Source: the human T2T-CHM13v2.0 reference genome, Homo sapiens. From it: a DNA stretch of 64,000 nucleotides. Positions 39,698 through 51,713 of the stretch are shown one piece after another. A model generated the notes under the pieces. The model did not search any database and was not told the origin of the DNA. It was given only the letters and a program-made list of their open reading frames with translations. The stretch lies in NCBI RefSeq assembly GCF_009914755.1, contig NC_060929.1; one strand, given 5' to 3'. Position 1 is the first letter of the stretch, and each line of letters begins with the position of its first letter. The position numbers were made by a program, and so were the translations under genes.

Positions 39698-41081
39698 GCG
39701 GGAATCTCTCCCCACACAAATTCTCCAACAGATTCTTCAGTGGGACACCAACTGGGTGTTCTCAAATTCAATTCAATTCTGACAATCTACCTATCTACCT
39801 GGAAATAGCATCAGATAACCACAGGTTTACGGCTCATTCCAACAATACTGTCCCCCACTTCAGATGCCAACTGCAAGTAATAGGTTGTTACCTATACTTC
39901 TAGCCAGTCAGCTGTAAATTGGTGTTCCCACAACCTCCCCCTCCGGTTTGATAATTTGAGACAGCTTGCTTACATGTACCAGCTTATTAGAAAGGATATT
40001 ACAAAGGACACAGATGAAGAGATGGATAGGGTAAGGTATGTGGGTTGGAGTTGCAGAGTTTGCATGACCTCTCTGAGTGCAGCATCTTCATGTGTTCAGC
40101 TATCCAGAATCTCTCGGATTAAGACATTGGCCACTGGTGATCAAATTAACCTTCAGTCCCTCTCCCCTTCCTGAGGTTGGAGAGTGGGGCTGAAGTGTCT
40201 CAACCTCTAATCAACTCTTGGTCTTTCCTGTGACCATGCCCCATCCTGAGGCTCTCCAGGAGCCCCCAGGCATCAGTCAACTCATTAGCATACGAAAGAC
40301 ACTTATCACTACAGAGATTCGAAGGATTTTAGGAACTGTGTCAAGAAACGGAGACAAGGTCAAATATGTATTTCACAATATCACCAGTAGTTTCACTGGG
40401 AGGTAAAACTCAGTGTTTACTGTGGGCCTGAGCCATGCTGACCCTCTAAGAATAACTTAGAGGTAACGTGATCAGATGTGGGGAATTCTGGAGAAACACC
40501 TTTCACCACCAAGCCCAGACAAGAGATGCATACTTTTCTAGCTGGGATGCTTACAAAGCAACCCACTCTAATACTTCAAGGTAGAGTGACACTACATTCA
40601 TCATTTTTCATTTTTTCCTGTTTTTTATGCCATCTACTACTAATGTCAATCAAATTACGACTGTGTTTATAGTGGATGAATTATGGACCATCTCACACCA
40701 TAAAGTTCTGTTTCTCTCATGTTGAGCTTTTCACCTCCCTTCATTCCCTCCCTACTTCCAGGATCATTCACATGTTTATTTCTAAAAATAAACTTTTTTT
40801 ACTGAACTTTTTTTCATACTGTTTAAAAAGAATTTATATTTCTCCTCATTCTTACAGATAAGATTCAAGTTTAAACTCAAATAATGTAGGAAATCTTTTT
40901 TTAAAAAATTGTTCCCTACTGTGTCTAGGCGTGAGACCAAAAGTAATTAAGACCAGGTTTTCATTTGCTGTGATTTGTGTGAGTTCTTTTTAGAGGTTAG
41001 GTGCAATTTTAATTTTTAAAAGGGGGATTATTATGAGAGGAGAAATCATACTTTATCATTTGAAAATGATGCCATAACAGG

Positions 41082-42052
41082 TGTTAGCAGAAAAATCAAA
41101 CTGTAAAATATTTTAAAGAGATTTATTCTGAGCCAATATAAGTGACTGTGGCCCCATTGAAATGAGCGAGTTCCCTGATCCCTCTCACAGAGCTTGCGAC
41201 AGGGATGTGGCTCACCTGTTCAGTTGCCCCACTGCTCAAGCCCCTAGGGGGAGAATACAGACGGTCAGGTGCAAAGGCTGGGGCAAGTGCCTTGGCCCCT
41301 TGGCCCCTTAGCCCCGAGGTAGTGTCTAGGGGTGGGGTGCCTGCAACCCCAGTGTTACAAAGTTCTTTCAGCTTTGCAGTCCACAGACAGCTTGAGTGTT
41401 AATCAGCTCAATGGACCCTCTGCCTTATAGCAAAGGCAGAGGGCCAGTGTGACAGCTTTCTGTATCCCAAGCTCTTGCCCAGTGTCCTAGAAAAAACAGA
41501 TCATACAGGGGCTCAAAGGACGAGTGCAAGGTTTTATTGAGTAGTGGAGGTGGCTCTCAGCAAGATGGATGGGGAGTGGGAAGTGGGGATGGAGTGGGAA
41601 GGTGAACTTCCTCTGAAGTCGGGCAGCCCAGTGGCTGGACTCTTCTCCAACCTCCCCCAGGCAAGCTCCTCTCAGCGTCCAGATGTTCCTCTTCCCTCTC
41701 TCTCTCTGCCGCATCATTTCACCATCTGTCTGCTGGTCAGCTGGCTTGCTGGTGTGCTGGTCTGTTGGTCTGCTGGTCTGCTTCTGGAACCTCAGGTTCA
41801 GAGTTTATATGAGTGCAGGATAGGGGGTGTTTTGGGCCAAAAGGTAGCTTTTTGGACATGAAAACGGAAATGCCTGTTCCCATTTAGGGCTGCAGGTCTT
41901 CAGGCTTGAGGGTGGGGCCTTTGCCCAGGAACTACCCTCTTCTACCCAGTGTTTCCCTGTCTCCTGTCCATATCACCAGTATTCACAGTCTCAAGGAGTC
42001 TTGAGAAAGTGTGCCCAAGGCCGTCAGATTCAGTTTGGTTCTGTATGTCACA
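41082..42052 (-). mobile_element. Truncated MER4-group LTR fragment (MER39-like) split by a second LTR
   Basis: aaactgtaaaatattttaaagagatttattctgagccaatataagtgac resumes at cacagtctcaaggagtcttgagaaagtgtgcccaagg. Confidence 0.7.
41158..41975 (-). mobile_element. LTR1-group ERV1 solo LTR (818 bp)
   Basis: Minus strand starts tgatatggacaggagacagggaaacactgggtagaagaggg; TG..CA termini; AATAAA signal; flanks ccat/ccag. Confidence 0.8.
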
Positions 42053-42888
42053 GGGTCTAAGAAGCGTAAACATTGTGCCTTGTTGAAATACAGCCTCTAG
42101 GTATGGAGGATGTGTTGAACAACTTCCTACCAGTCATTTGGCATATGTTGATTTCCTGTCTTCATGATACGTAAGACGACTAGCTAATTATCATTCATAT
42201 GTGGTAAGTCACATAGATACTGACTTCCCCTATCTTTCCAGCTTTTTCTTATCAAAAGTCACCTGCTCTCTGTCCCAGGAACGACTGGCTAAAGTAACCT
42301 ATATCAGTGTCTGTAACAGTGGGCACCTATCATAGTGCACATGCTTGAACATATCATTGCCTTTTATCATCACGAGCCTCACATCCAGATGTGACAGACT
42401 CAAGTGCTCACATCACCTCACTCTGTCACTGTATACATTGTTACCGTGTCACAAATATTTAACAGTCTGCTGTGTACTCAGTCTTTAGCTGTGTGCCCTG
42501 AGGGAGACAGAGTAAGATACTGCCTTGACATCAAGGAGCTCACATTCTCCCTAAAGAGATAATTTCACATGAAAAGTTAGTGTTTAATATGAAAAGTTAG
42601 TGTTTAACATGAAATGTCCTGAGAATATACAATTATAATTTACACGTTTCCTGTGTGTACTTTTCTAAGTTCTCAGACTCAAAACAAAGCCCCATGGAAG
42701 AAAAAATGAAATAAAAACCCTGTCAGGACAAATCCTAGCCAGAACTGACCAAACATAAAAAATAAATGCCACTGCCCTCTCCAAGCTACCTTTACTTTAT
42801 ACTTGGGTCCAAGAAGCCCAAACATTGTGCCTCATTGAAATATAACCTCTAGGTATGGAGGATGTGTTGAACAACTTCCTACCAGTCA
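42053..42888 (+). repeat. 84-bp dispersed direct repeat (42053-42136 and 42805-42888)
   Basis: 7 mismatches in 84 nt; last 43 nt identical. Confidence 0.95.
42569..42614. repeat. 20-bp tandem duplication
   Basis: atgaaaagttagtgtttaa(t/c) x2.3. Confidence 0.9.
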
Positions 42889-44924
42889 GTGCAGTGCAGT
42901 GACCATTTAGCAGCATCTCCCTCCTCTCTCCTTCCACCCCCTGCCCCATCTCTCCTTCCTTGCATCTATCTTCCCCTGCCAACAATAATTTTCTTATGTT
43001 CTAAGTAAATATCTTTAGTGCTCTCCCTACTACCTAAACATTAAACTTCAAACCTTTCCCAAGACCCTGAACACCCACCCCAGCTTGTAAGTTCAGGCTA
43101 CTTACCATTCCCCAGGCACACTGTATTTTCCCTCCTCTGGTACACTGCTCATGTCATCGAATCTATCTTCCTCCCACCCCATCCTGGATTCTGTAAATAT
43201 AAATCAGTCCTGCCCACCTTTAAGTTTCAGTCAAAACCTGATACTCATGGCCTGAAGCAATCCCTCCCTTCTCCATGCTGGTCTGAGAGAGGTCATGATA
43301 TTTCAGTAGCTCTGGAGAGACACATATGGTCAAACCAGACCAGCTAAAATTAACCCATGCTATGCACAACCTAAAGAATCACCTCTTGCTGTAACCTCTT
43401 TCTTCTCTTGCTCACCAAAAACTGTCTGTCACATTTGCTAAGTAAGCCCTTAGGGCTTTGCTGTGCTGGCAAAAGGTCTTAATCCATGTGAATGTGCATT
43501 TTTGTGTTAGTGAGCACATGCTAACATGCCTTCCACAGATTAGTTTCTTAAGAAACATTTTCTGGGGGAAAAAAGACCTGTTTTTGGTTAGTAACCCCAA
43601 AAGGACCTTTCAGTTCACATACGTGGGTAGCAGCATACTCCACTTATGCAAAGGTCAGCCCAGGGTAAATATGGGCAAAAACACAGACTTAGGATAAGAA
43701 GAATGTTAAGGGAGTTTACAGTTTAAAGAGATATCCAAACAACTTTTTTATATTTTAAAGAAGTAATGCTATAATTTTACTACAAAGAAAACTTCTTTAT
43801 ATTTCTGGGGAGAAGAATAGGAAGAGTTACAATCTCCTAGAGAAAAGCAAAACATTTTTAGTATTCCCAAATAAGACAGGCACCTCAACTAGGGTGCTGT
43901 GGTTGCACGTTCTTTGTAGTTTTTCAAGAATTTTATTTCTCTGTCATGATTATTTATTGGCAGAAGATTTGTTGGGCCAAACATGTAAGACTTTCTTAAA
44001 CACATATAGAGAAAAAAATTAGATGATTGCACATCTTTCTGAGGGAGATTTTTCCCCTATTTTTAAAAGTCATTGCTTTTCACTGAATTTGTCTTGTATT
44101 CCTATAAAAGTGTAAATTTTGTGATTGATAGCATTTTTACCTCAAAATGAAATGAATATCCAACTGGAGCAAGTTTTATTGACTGCTTATTGGAGCATAA
44201 ATTAGTCTAAGTTTTCATGAAAATAGGCATTTGAACATGAGTATTAATGGCTGAGATCAGAGGCAAGTTTTGAAAGGATTCCAAAATATTATCATATTAG
44301 ATAGGCAAGCAAATGAATTGCTTGAATGCTAGAAGTTCACAAACATTCAAACAATTGTGAGTTACATTAACTTCAATAAAAACTTTTGCAGGACAAAAAT
44401 TTAATATAGTAAACTTCATCTTGCTTGTCCAGGTCCGTATACATTCTTAGCTGGACTCTTGTCCTAGCTTCCTAATTTTTCTTCCTATCTCCTATTTTTC
44501 CCTATTCCAAGCCACCATACTCTGTTCTTGATTAATTCTTCCTGCCTACCTCTGATTCAGTGATTCATCTGCCCAATCATCTATAGTAGCTCCAAACTCT
44601 TTTCTAAATTATGAATAAACTTATCTCCCTGGCATTCAGAAAATTCAACAGCATTCATCTTACACACTTTTCTAGCCTTATCTCCCTTTTCTCTTATGTA
44701 CTCCTATGTTTATATTCCCTGCAGTCTTGCTTCATTATATCCATTTACAATGACCCTTTTACCAGTAATTTCCTCTTCTTTCCTCTCAGTCTGAAACAAT
44801 CCTTCATAGATTTTGTCCTGTGAGCCATATTTCAAATACAACTTTATCCACAAAGCTTTGCCCAGTTCCCACAAGAGGATTCTGCTTTTGCTTTAGAATT
44901 GTAGCCTTTTTTTCCTCTCTCGCA

Positions 44925-45190
44925 AGGAGAGAGAGCGTAGCACCGCAGTTTAAGTACTCAGCCTCTGGAGTAAGCTTTAGTTTAAGACCCAGTTCTACTG
45001 CTTACTTCCTGTATGATCTTCTCTAAATTTTATGACCTCTTTGTCTTTTTTTTTTCATCTCTAAAATAAAGATGCTAATAGTACCTACCTCATAAGATGG
45101 TTGTGAGAATTATAAGTGTTGATATATTTAAAGTAGTTAGAATAGTATCTGGCCCTACAGTAAGCTTACGTGGTATTTATTGTATTCTCT
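44925..45190 (+). mobile_element. MIR
   Basis: cccagttctactgcttacttcctgtatgatctt...tcatctctaaaataaagatgctaatagtacctacctcataagatggttgtgagaatt. Confidence 0.8.
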
Positions 45191-45216
45191 TATGGCTCTT
45201 ATTTTATTCCAATGTG

Positions 45217-45299
45217 TATTAAATTGAACCGTATGAAATTGCCCATGTCAACTCTATATTGGACCCTAAAATCATTATGTCTTTTGGTTCAACCAAATG
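45217..45299. mobile_element. MADE2 (Mariner MITE)
   Basis: ~80 bp with TIRs tattaaattgaaccgtatgaaattgcc / tggttcaaccaaatg. Confidence 0.7.
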
Positions 45300-45438
45300 T
45301 AGTGCTTTTTGCACCCCCCCTTAATAAATTGAACTATCTCTAAAGATAGGGACAATATCTTACACATCATTATATCCTACAGTACCTGCTACATACTTGA
45401 CATATGCTGAGTATTTCACGGATGGTTATTGAATTTTG

Positions 45439-45465
<27 letters not shown>
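45439..45465. repeat. (CA)13 microsatellite
   Basis: Perfect run. Confidence 0.97.
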
Positions 45466-45469
<4 letters not shown>

Positions 45470-46849
45470 AAAAATAAACAGAAGCCAAGCCCTCCCCAGT
45501 ATCTTAAGTACTCTTTGGCTACCAGGGAGTTTACTCCATGCTGTTCAGCAGTCATTTATGAAAGGAGAGTGATAAAGATATAGAGGAGGAGAATTTTATC
45601 TTGTCTATTGCTGAGTATAAATACTATGCCTTTCCGAAAAGCCTTCCACAGAACCTTTCCTTCAGGTCAGGGACCTAGTGTCATGGGTCGGTCTTGGATA
45701 ACGTTGCAGGACATATCAGTTCAACTGCCAAGGGAATCATAAATAGTCCTACTCCTGCCTGCGGCCCACCACTGCCTCTCTGCTTTCATTCTTTTTTATC
45801 AGATATTTTCAACATCAAGAACTTATTAGCTGATAATTTAACTAAATTAAGTATAACATAAGGGAAATGTGTCCTGGCAGAGATGGCATCTTAGAGTGAA
45901 TGCACAGTCTTTATTGGTTACCAAAAACAAAAAAAAAAAAACTTGAGCTTTGGACAAGCAGTAGAGAGCAGAATTGATACTGGGTTCTGACATGGAAGCT
46001 GACATTAAATTATTGACAGTCTACTTGTTTATAAACTATTCAATAAACAATTTAGTAAGTAAACATAGATTCTTGCAATCCCTTTTAAGGAAACAGTGTT
46101 TATGTTGGCTCTCTCTTGTACCCAACCTAGTGCTCAGCCTTTCCTGACTCACATAAGCACTAATCTCCAGATAACACCAAGCACCCTAGGGTTATTATTT
46201 ATCCCCCTTCCTTGTTCTCTGAAATAAGAGAAAGGCAGGTTAAATTATGCACTTTATGTAAGAAGAAATGGAGGTACAGAGAAAACAGCTTAAGTCTCTT
46301 AACAGCCCAAGAGAGTGAAGAAGATATTGCCAATGCAATGAGTTGTATCTGTCCCTAGGTAAGTAAAATATTAATTAAAGCATACAACTATATTAATAAT
46401 TAAAACAACAGTCTTTACTTATATGGACTTTGCAGTGACTTTTTTCCAGCCTGAAATACTCAGATAATGACTGCCATTAGTTTCACACGTTAGTGCTTTA
46501 TTATATACTGCTTTGTTTTCACACAAAATCGTTGAGAGGTAAGAATTTTTTGAAAGAAATATTTGGTCTTAACTTTTTTATCCCCCTTCAACTTCAAGCA
46601 ATTTTCTGAGCAATGATAAGTGGTAAGTAGATATTTACCACTTAGTTTACAAGAGACCTGTTTCTCTCTGTGCATTGACTTAGGCACTATTAATGAAACC
46701 TTTGGAATGCAGGTCCCTTCTGGTTGTAAACATATACTGAGGTCTACTATTTCTTTTGGAACTCAAACAATAAGAAAATAGTTAGAAATCTGTTTGTGGG
46801 CATAGGTCTCTAAAAGCCTTAATCTTAGAAGTGAGTAAAAAAAATTTTA

Positions 46850-47162
<313 letters not shown>

Positions 47163-47995
47163 CTAAGAAGGATGATTAAGCATCTTACTTAAATTTTCAG
47201 TATGCCTATGTACACTCTATATACTGACTTCTAGCATGGTTTCTTTGCCAAAGCATAACACACATTTTTTAAAGGGATAATTCAAGACAAACATTCTTTC
47301 ACCCTGGGTGACCCCAATGGGTGGTGAACACTTTTTAGTAACTCTTGAAAGTTAAAGCATCCAACAGTTGGTTGTGACCTTTTTGGTTGTGACCTTTGAG
47401 TTCTTCTAGCTTGTAGCCCACTGATTTGCTGCTTAATTCCACAGCTTCAAAACCAACTCTAATCACTGCTCCCGAGAGAGCCCTAGCTTCTGCACACATG
47501 AGTCTCTCACCAGGAAAGGATACCTGAAGTCCAGAAAAGCCCTTTGTTCACACTGGCTCCTCCTAGTGGGGAACAGTTTTTTTAAATAATGTACATTTAT
47601 GCACTGGGAAAATATCTTGAATTTATTATTTAGGTGTAACCAGACTTTAATACAACTTAACCTACACACTGAGAAAGCAGACATTTACAAAAAGATTTAT
47701 GGCTTTGACAAAGCGTTCAAATGTAGTTACCATTAAATAGTAGTTCAAGTAATTGTGTGTCTCATGGCAAATACATGCAATATAAGGTAATATATATTTA
47801 AGCCAAAAATAACAAGAGGTGATCATTTGCTAAACAAAGAACTTATTACTTAGGAAAAAATGTTACACAACTTTCAAAGGACTTTTGAAAATATAGTATG
47901 ATTTATAGGAAATTTATTTGCATATAATTCACAATATCTGGTACAAGGTAAGCTACCTCTGTGTTTTTTTTCTTTAGGTCAACAAATATTTAAAC

Positions 47996-48199
47996 CAAGG
48001 GTTGGCAAACAGGCCCTCAGACCAGATGCTTGTTTTTGTAAATAAAGTTTTATTGGACCACACCCATGCCTGTTTGTTTCAGATTGTGTTTACTTTAGGG
48101 CTACAGTGGCAGAGTGGAGTAGCTAAGACACAGAGCATAGGTCCACAAACCTAAAATATTTACTCTCTGGCCCTCTAAAAAAAAGTATGCCAAACCATT
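47996..48199. mobile_element. MER58A (hAT-Charlie MITE)
   Basis: gggttggcaaac...gtttttgtaaataaagttttattgg...cctaaaatatttactctctggccc. Confidence 0.85.
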
Positions 48200-48221
48200 C
48201 TAAACAGCAAAGCAATTAATT

Positions 48222-48847
48222 CTTTTTTTTCAACTCTTATTTTAGATTTAGGGGGTACACGTGCAGGTTTGTTACATGGGTCAATTGCATGTCTCTGAGG
48301 TTTGGTGTACAAATAATCCCCTTACCCAGGTATTGAGCATATTACTTGATGTTTTTCAACTCACACCCCGCTCCCAATCTTCACCACTCTAGTAGTCCCC
48401 TGTGTCTACTGTTGCCATCTTTATACCCATGTTTATCCAGTGTTTAGCTCCTGCTTATAAGTAAGAACATATGGTATTTCGTTTTCTGTTCCTGCGTTAA
48501 TTCACTTATGATGATGACTTCCACATACATCCATGTTGCTGCAAAGGACATGATTTTGTTCTTTTTTATGGCTGCATAGCTTTTCATGGTATACGTGTAC
48601 CACATTTTCTTTATCCAGTCCACCATCAATGCGCATCTAGGTTGATTTTATGTTTTTGCTGTTATGAATAGTCCTGTGATGAATATATGAGTGCGTGTGT
48701 CCTTTTTGTAGAATGATTTATTTTTCTTTGGGTATCTACCCAGTTATGGGATTGCTAGGTTGAATGGTAGTTCTGTTTTAATTTCCTTGAGAAATCTCCA
48801 CACTGTTTTCCACAGTGGCTGAACTAATTTACATTCCCACCAGCAGC
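48222..48847 (-). mobile_element. L1 3' fragment (old L1PA/L1PB)
   Basis: Reverse L1 3'UTR. ORFs 48444-48629 (WIKKMWYTYTM) and 48744-48962 ([19 protein letters not shown]) are ORF2 C-terminal remnants. Confidence 0.92.
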
Positions 48848-48858
48848 TATAATATGGT

Positions 48859-49122
48859 TGTTTGTTTGTTTGTTTGTTTGAGACGGAGTCTCGCTTTGTC
48901 GCCTGGGCTGGAGTGCAGTGGTGCGATTTCGGCTCACTGCACTCTCCGCCTCCCAGGTTCAAGCAATTTGCCTGCCTCAGCCTCCTGAGTAGCTGGGATT
49001 ACAGTCGTGCACCACCACGCCCGGCAAATTTTTTTTATTTTTAGTAGAGACGGGATTTCACCGTGTTGGTCAGGCTGGTCTCGAACTCCTGACCTCGTGA
49101 TCTGCCCCCCTCAGCATCCCAA
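48859..49122 (-). mobile_element. AluS (Sg-like), 5'-truncated, with (CAAA)n tail
   Basis: Reverse Alu body. TSD tataatatggt / tataatatagt. Confidence 0.93.
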
Positions 49123-49295
49123 ATACTATACTGCCCCCTCAGTATAATATAGTATTTTAAGGAACTAATCATCAAGTTTGTACTGGTTACCCTCTTTTAG
49201 TCTCCTGTTATCTTCAATTTCATAATTGGCATTAATGACAATACAGTGTTCACTTTATAAATTTGCTTCATAGTAAACTCTTCTGAAATAAATTA

Positions 49296-49629
49296 CAGTC
49301 ATGCATCACTTAACAGTGGGGATAGGTTCTAAGAAATGCATAATTAGGTAATTTCATCATTGTGTAAACATGAAGTGTACTCACACAAACCTGGATGGTA
49401 CAGTCTGCTGCACACCAGCCTTTATGATATAGTCTATTGTTCCTAGGCTACAAATCTATACAGCATGTTACTGTACTGAATATTCTCAGCAATTGTAACA
49501 CAATGGTAAGTATTTATGTATCTAAACATAGAAAATGTACAGTAAACATATAGTATTGTAATCGTATGGGACGACTATCATATATGCAGTCTGTCGTTGA
49601 CCAAAACATCATTATACAGCACAAGACTA
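49296..49629 (-). mobile_element. Tigger3a (MER7A) DNA transposon
   Basis: TA-flanked termini cagtcatgcatcacttaac / gttgaccaaaacatcattatacagcacaagacta. Confidence 0.88.
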
Positions 49630-51129
49630 TAGTTGAAAATTTTAAATTACATATGTGGGTTGCACTGTATTTCTGTTTGCAGCATTGATATATACATTTA
49701 ATGGTTTGTATGTTTGTGCTTGCATTCATAAATATTAAACTGTTACAGGGAGCATATTTTCTTGTGTAAAAAAATAAATAATTTTTATTTCTAATGACAT
49801 ATAAAATTATTATGGTTATGTTTAAAGAGGCTTGAAGAGGTATTATGGTTATGTTTGAAGAGGCAACGGAAACGTCACCTTTGTCATTGACCAAAACATC
49901 ATTGTGTGGCTCACGACTGTAATAGTGTAAAGTAAGGATTCAATGTATCGGCTAATCAATGTGGACATATCATTCAGTATTATTAAAGATACTCCATCCA
50001 ATGAAGACTGAACACCTGTAAATGCTTGGTGATGGATGGAAAGGGCAATTATTTGCAGCTGGACTGTCTGAGACGTGTCATCATTATTGCATAATATTTA
50101 TTTAATGAAGGATCAATGCACCATACAGCTCCAGTTTGAGAACACACTTGACATTGTAGTTTGTAGATCTTTTATAAACTGACTGCTATCACTGAATTTT
50201 TGCTGAAGAATAAAGACAAAAGATTCTCTCTTTAGGAAATTGTGCACTTTAAAGACTCATAAACCTGAAACCTCACAGAATCATAATAGATGTATTTTCA
50301 GAGACAATTTCTGAGTCCTTGACATATTCTCAAATGTCATTCATGTCTTCACTGCCGCAGGTTATCTTTTTATTTTTATCTGTCATGGAAAAGCAGCCTT
50401 TTTTCTTTTTTTATCTCCTACTATGCCTTAATAAATAGAATTTAAAACCCCGAATTTGAATTATTGTGAAAGCCAATATTTGTAGCAAATCCATCTATGC
50501 TCTGTGTTGTCAGCACATATGGTTTTGTGTACCTGCTACCATGAAACTCTGCCAGGGTTATCCTCAGAGAAATGGAGAGACACCTGATGCCATCCTTACT
50601 CTGACAGAAGTTTTTCTTTCTGTGAATTCCAAAAACTTTTGAAGTTATGCATCTCTTGCATTGAACTTCAGTGGCTTGTGTACACATGGTATCTTCCTTT
50701 CTAGATTGTAAGTTCTTTGAGGGCAGGGACTGAACCTTTCTCATCTTTATATGCTCTGCTCCTCCACCCTTGGTTTAGCCAGGGCCTTACAAAAAGTAGA
50801 AGCTTAAATAATGTTTATTAGGTGAATATCATACTAAGTTCCAGAAATTACCTGAGAGCAATTGAAGAAGGGAAGTGTGGAGGGAGAGGTGTTAGCATAG
50901 ATTTCATAGTGTTTGAGTTTGGCAGTTTGGCATCCTTTTCCTCAACACTAATACTGACACAGATAAGTAACCTAACTGCCTTCTCAAATCTGAGAGCAGT
51001 AGATGCATTTTCTCTTTTGGGACTTTTCTATCTCATGTGGGAAAAGCAAACAAGAAGGTCCTGCAAAAGTCTTGTGGGTATTTATTCTTATCAGTGGTTG
51101 TGGCAAACTCTCTTACTGGTTTCAATTGG

Positions 51130-51400
51130 TCCCACAGGCTATGTGATGAGGACTTTGGGGTTTGGGGAGCTGGGAACCATGAGTTGTCTCTTAAGTATGA
51201 CCTAACATACTGCTAATACCCCACAAGCTTCAATTTATCCATCTCGAAATGGAGATACTAACATCTATCTCAAAGGGTCATTGTGAGGAGTGAGTAGGAA
51301 CATAGAAAAGTTCCTAGCACAAAGTAGATATGGAAGATATGGAATAAGGTGTTAGGTATTTTATTATTTTTACTGCTGCTGCTGCTGTTACTACTACTGC
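51130..51400 (+). mobile_element. MIR
   Basis: aagcttcaatttatccatctcgaaatggagatactaacatctatctcaaagggtcattgtgagga. Confidence 0.7.
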
Positions 51401-51688
51401 TATTATTATTACTACTCCTGGAAGAGTAGGACTTGCCTGGGACACTGACCCTACTTACCCCTTCACCTCATTCACCAAAACTTATCTCCTATATAAATTC
51501 ATGTATATTTTTCTGGAAGGATAAGAAAAATCCTTCATCTAGGTAGCGTATTTTGTATTTGAATAGTTTATGTTTCAAATCCCAGAGAAGGCCTATACAG
51601 CCAAATTTGGAAAAAAAATAAATTTAAAAATAAATATTCAGTGTTTCATATATAATAAAATACCTAACATCTTATTCCATATCATATA

Positions 51689-51713
51689 TGTGTGTGTGTG
51701 TGTGTGTGTGTGT
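51689..51713. repeat. (TG)12 microsatellite
   Basis: Perfect run. Confidence 0.97.

Noticed and set aside
42053-42888. 84-bp repeats as LTRs of a small retroelement or a CRISPR-like array
   Set aside because: Only two copies, no TG..CA ends, no TSD, PBS or PPT, and a eukaryotic context.
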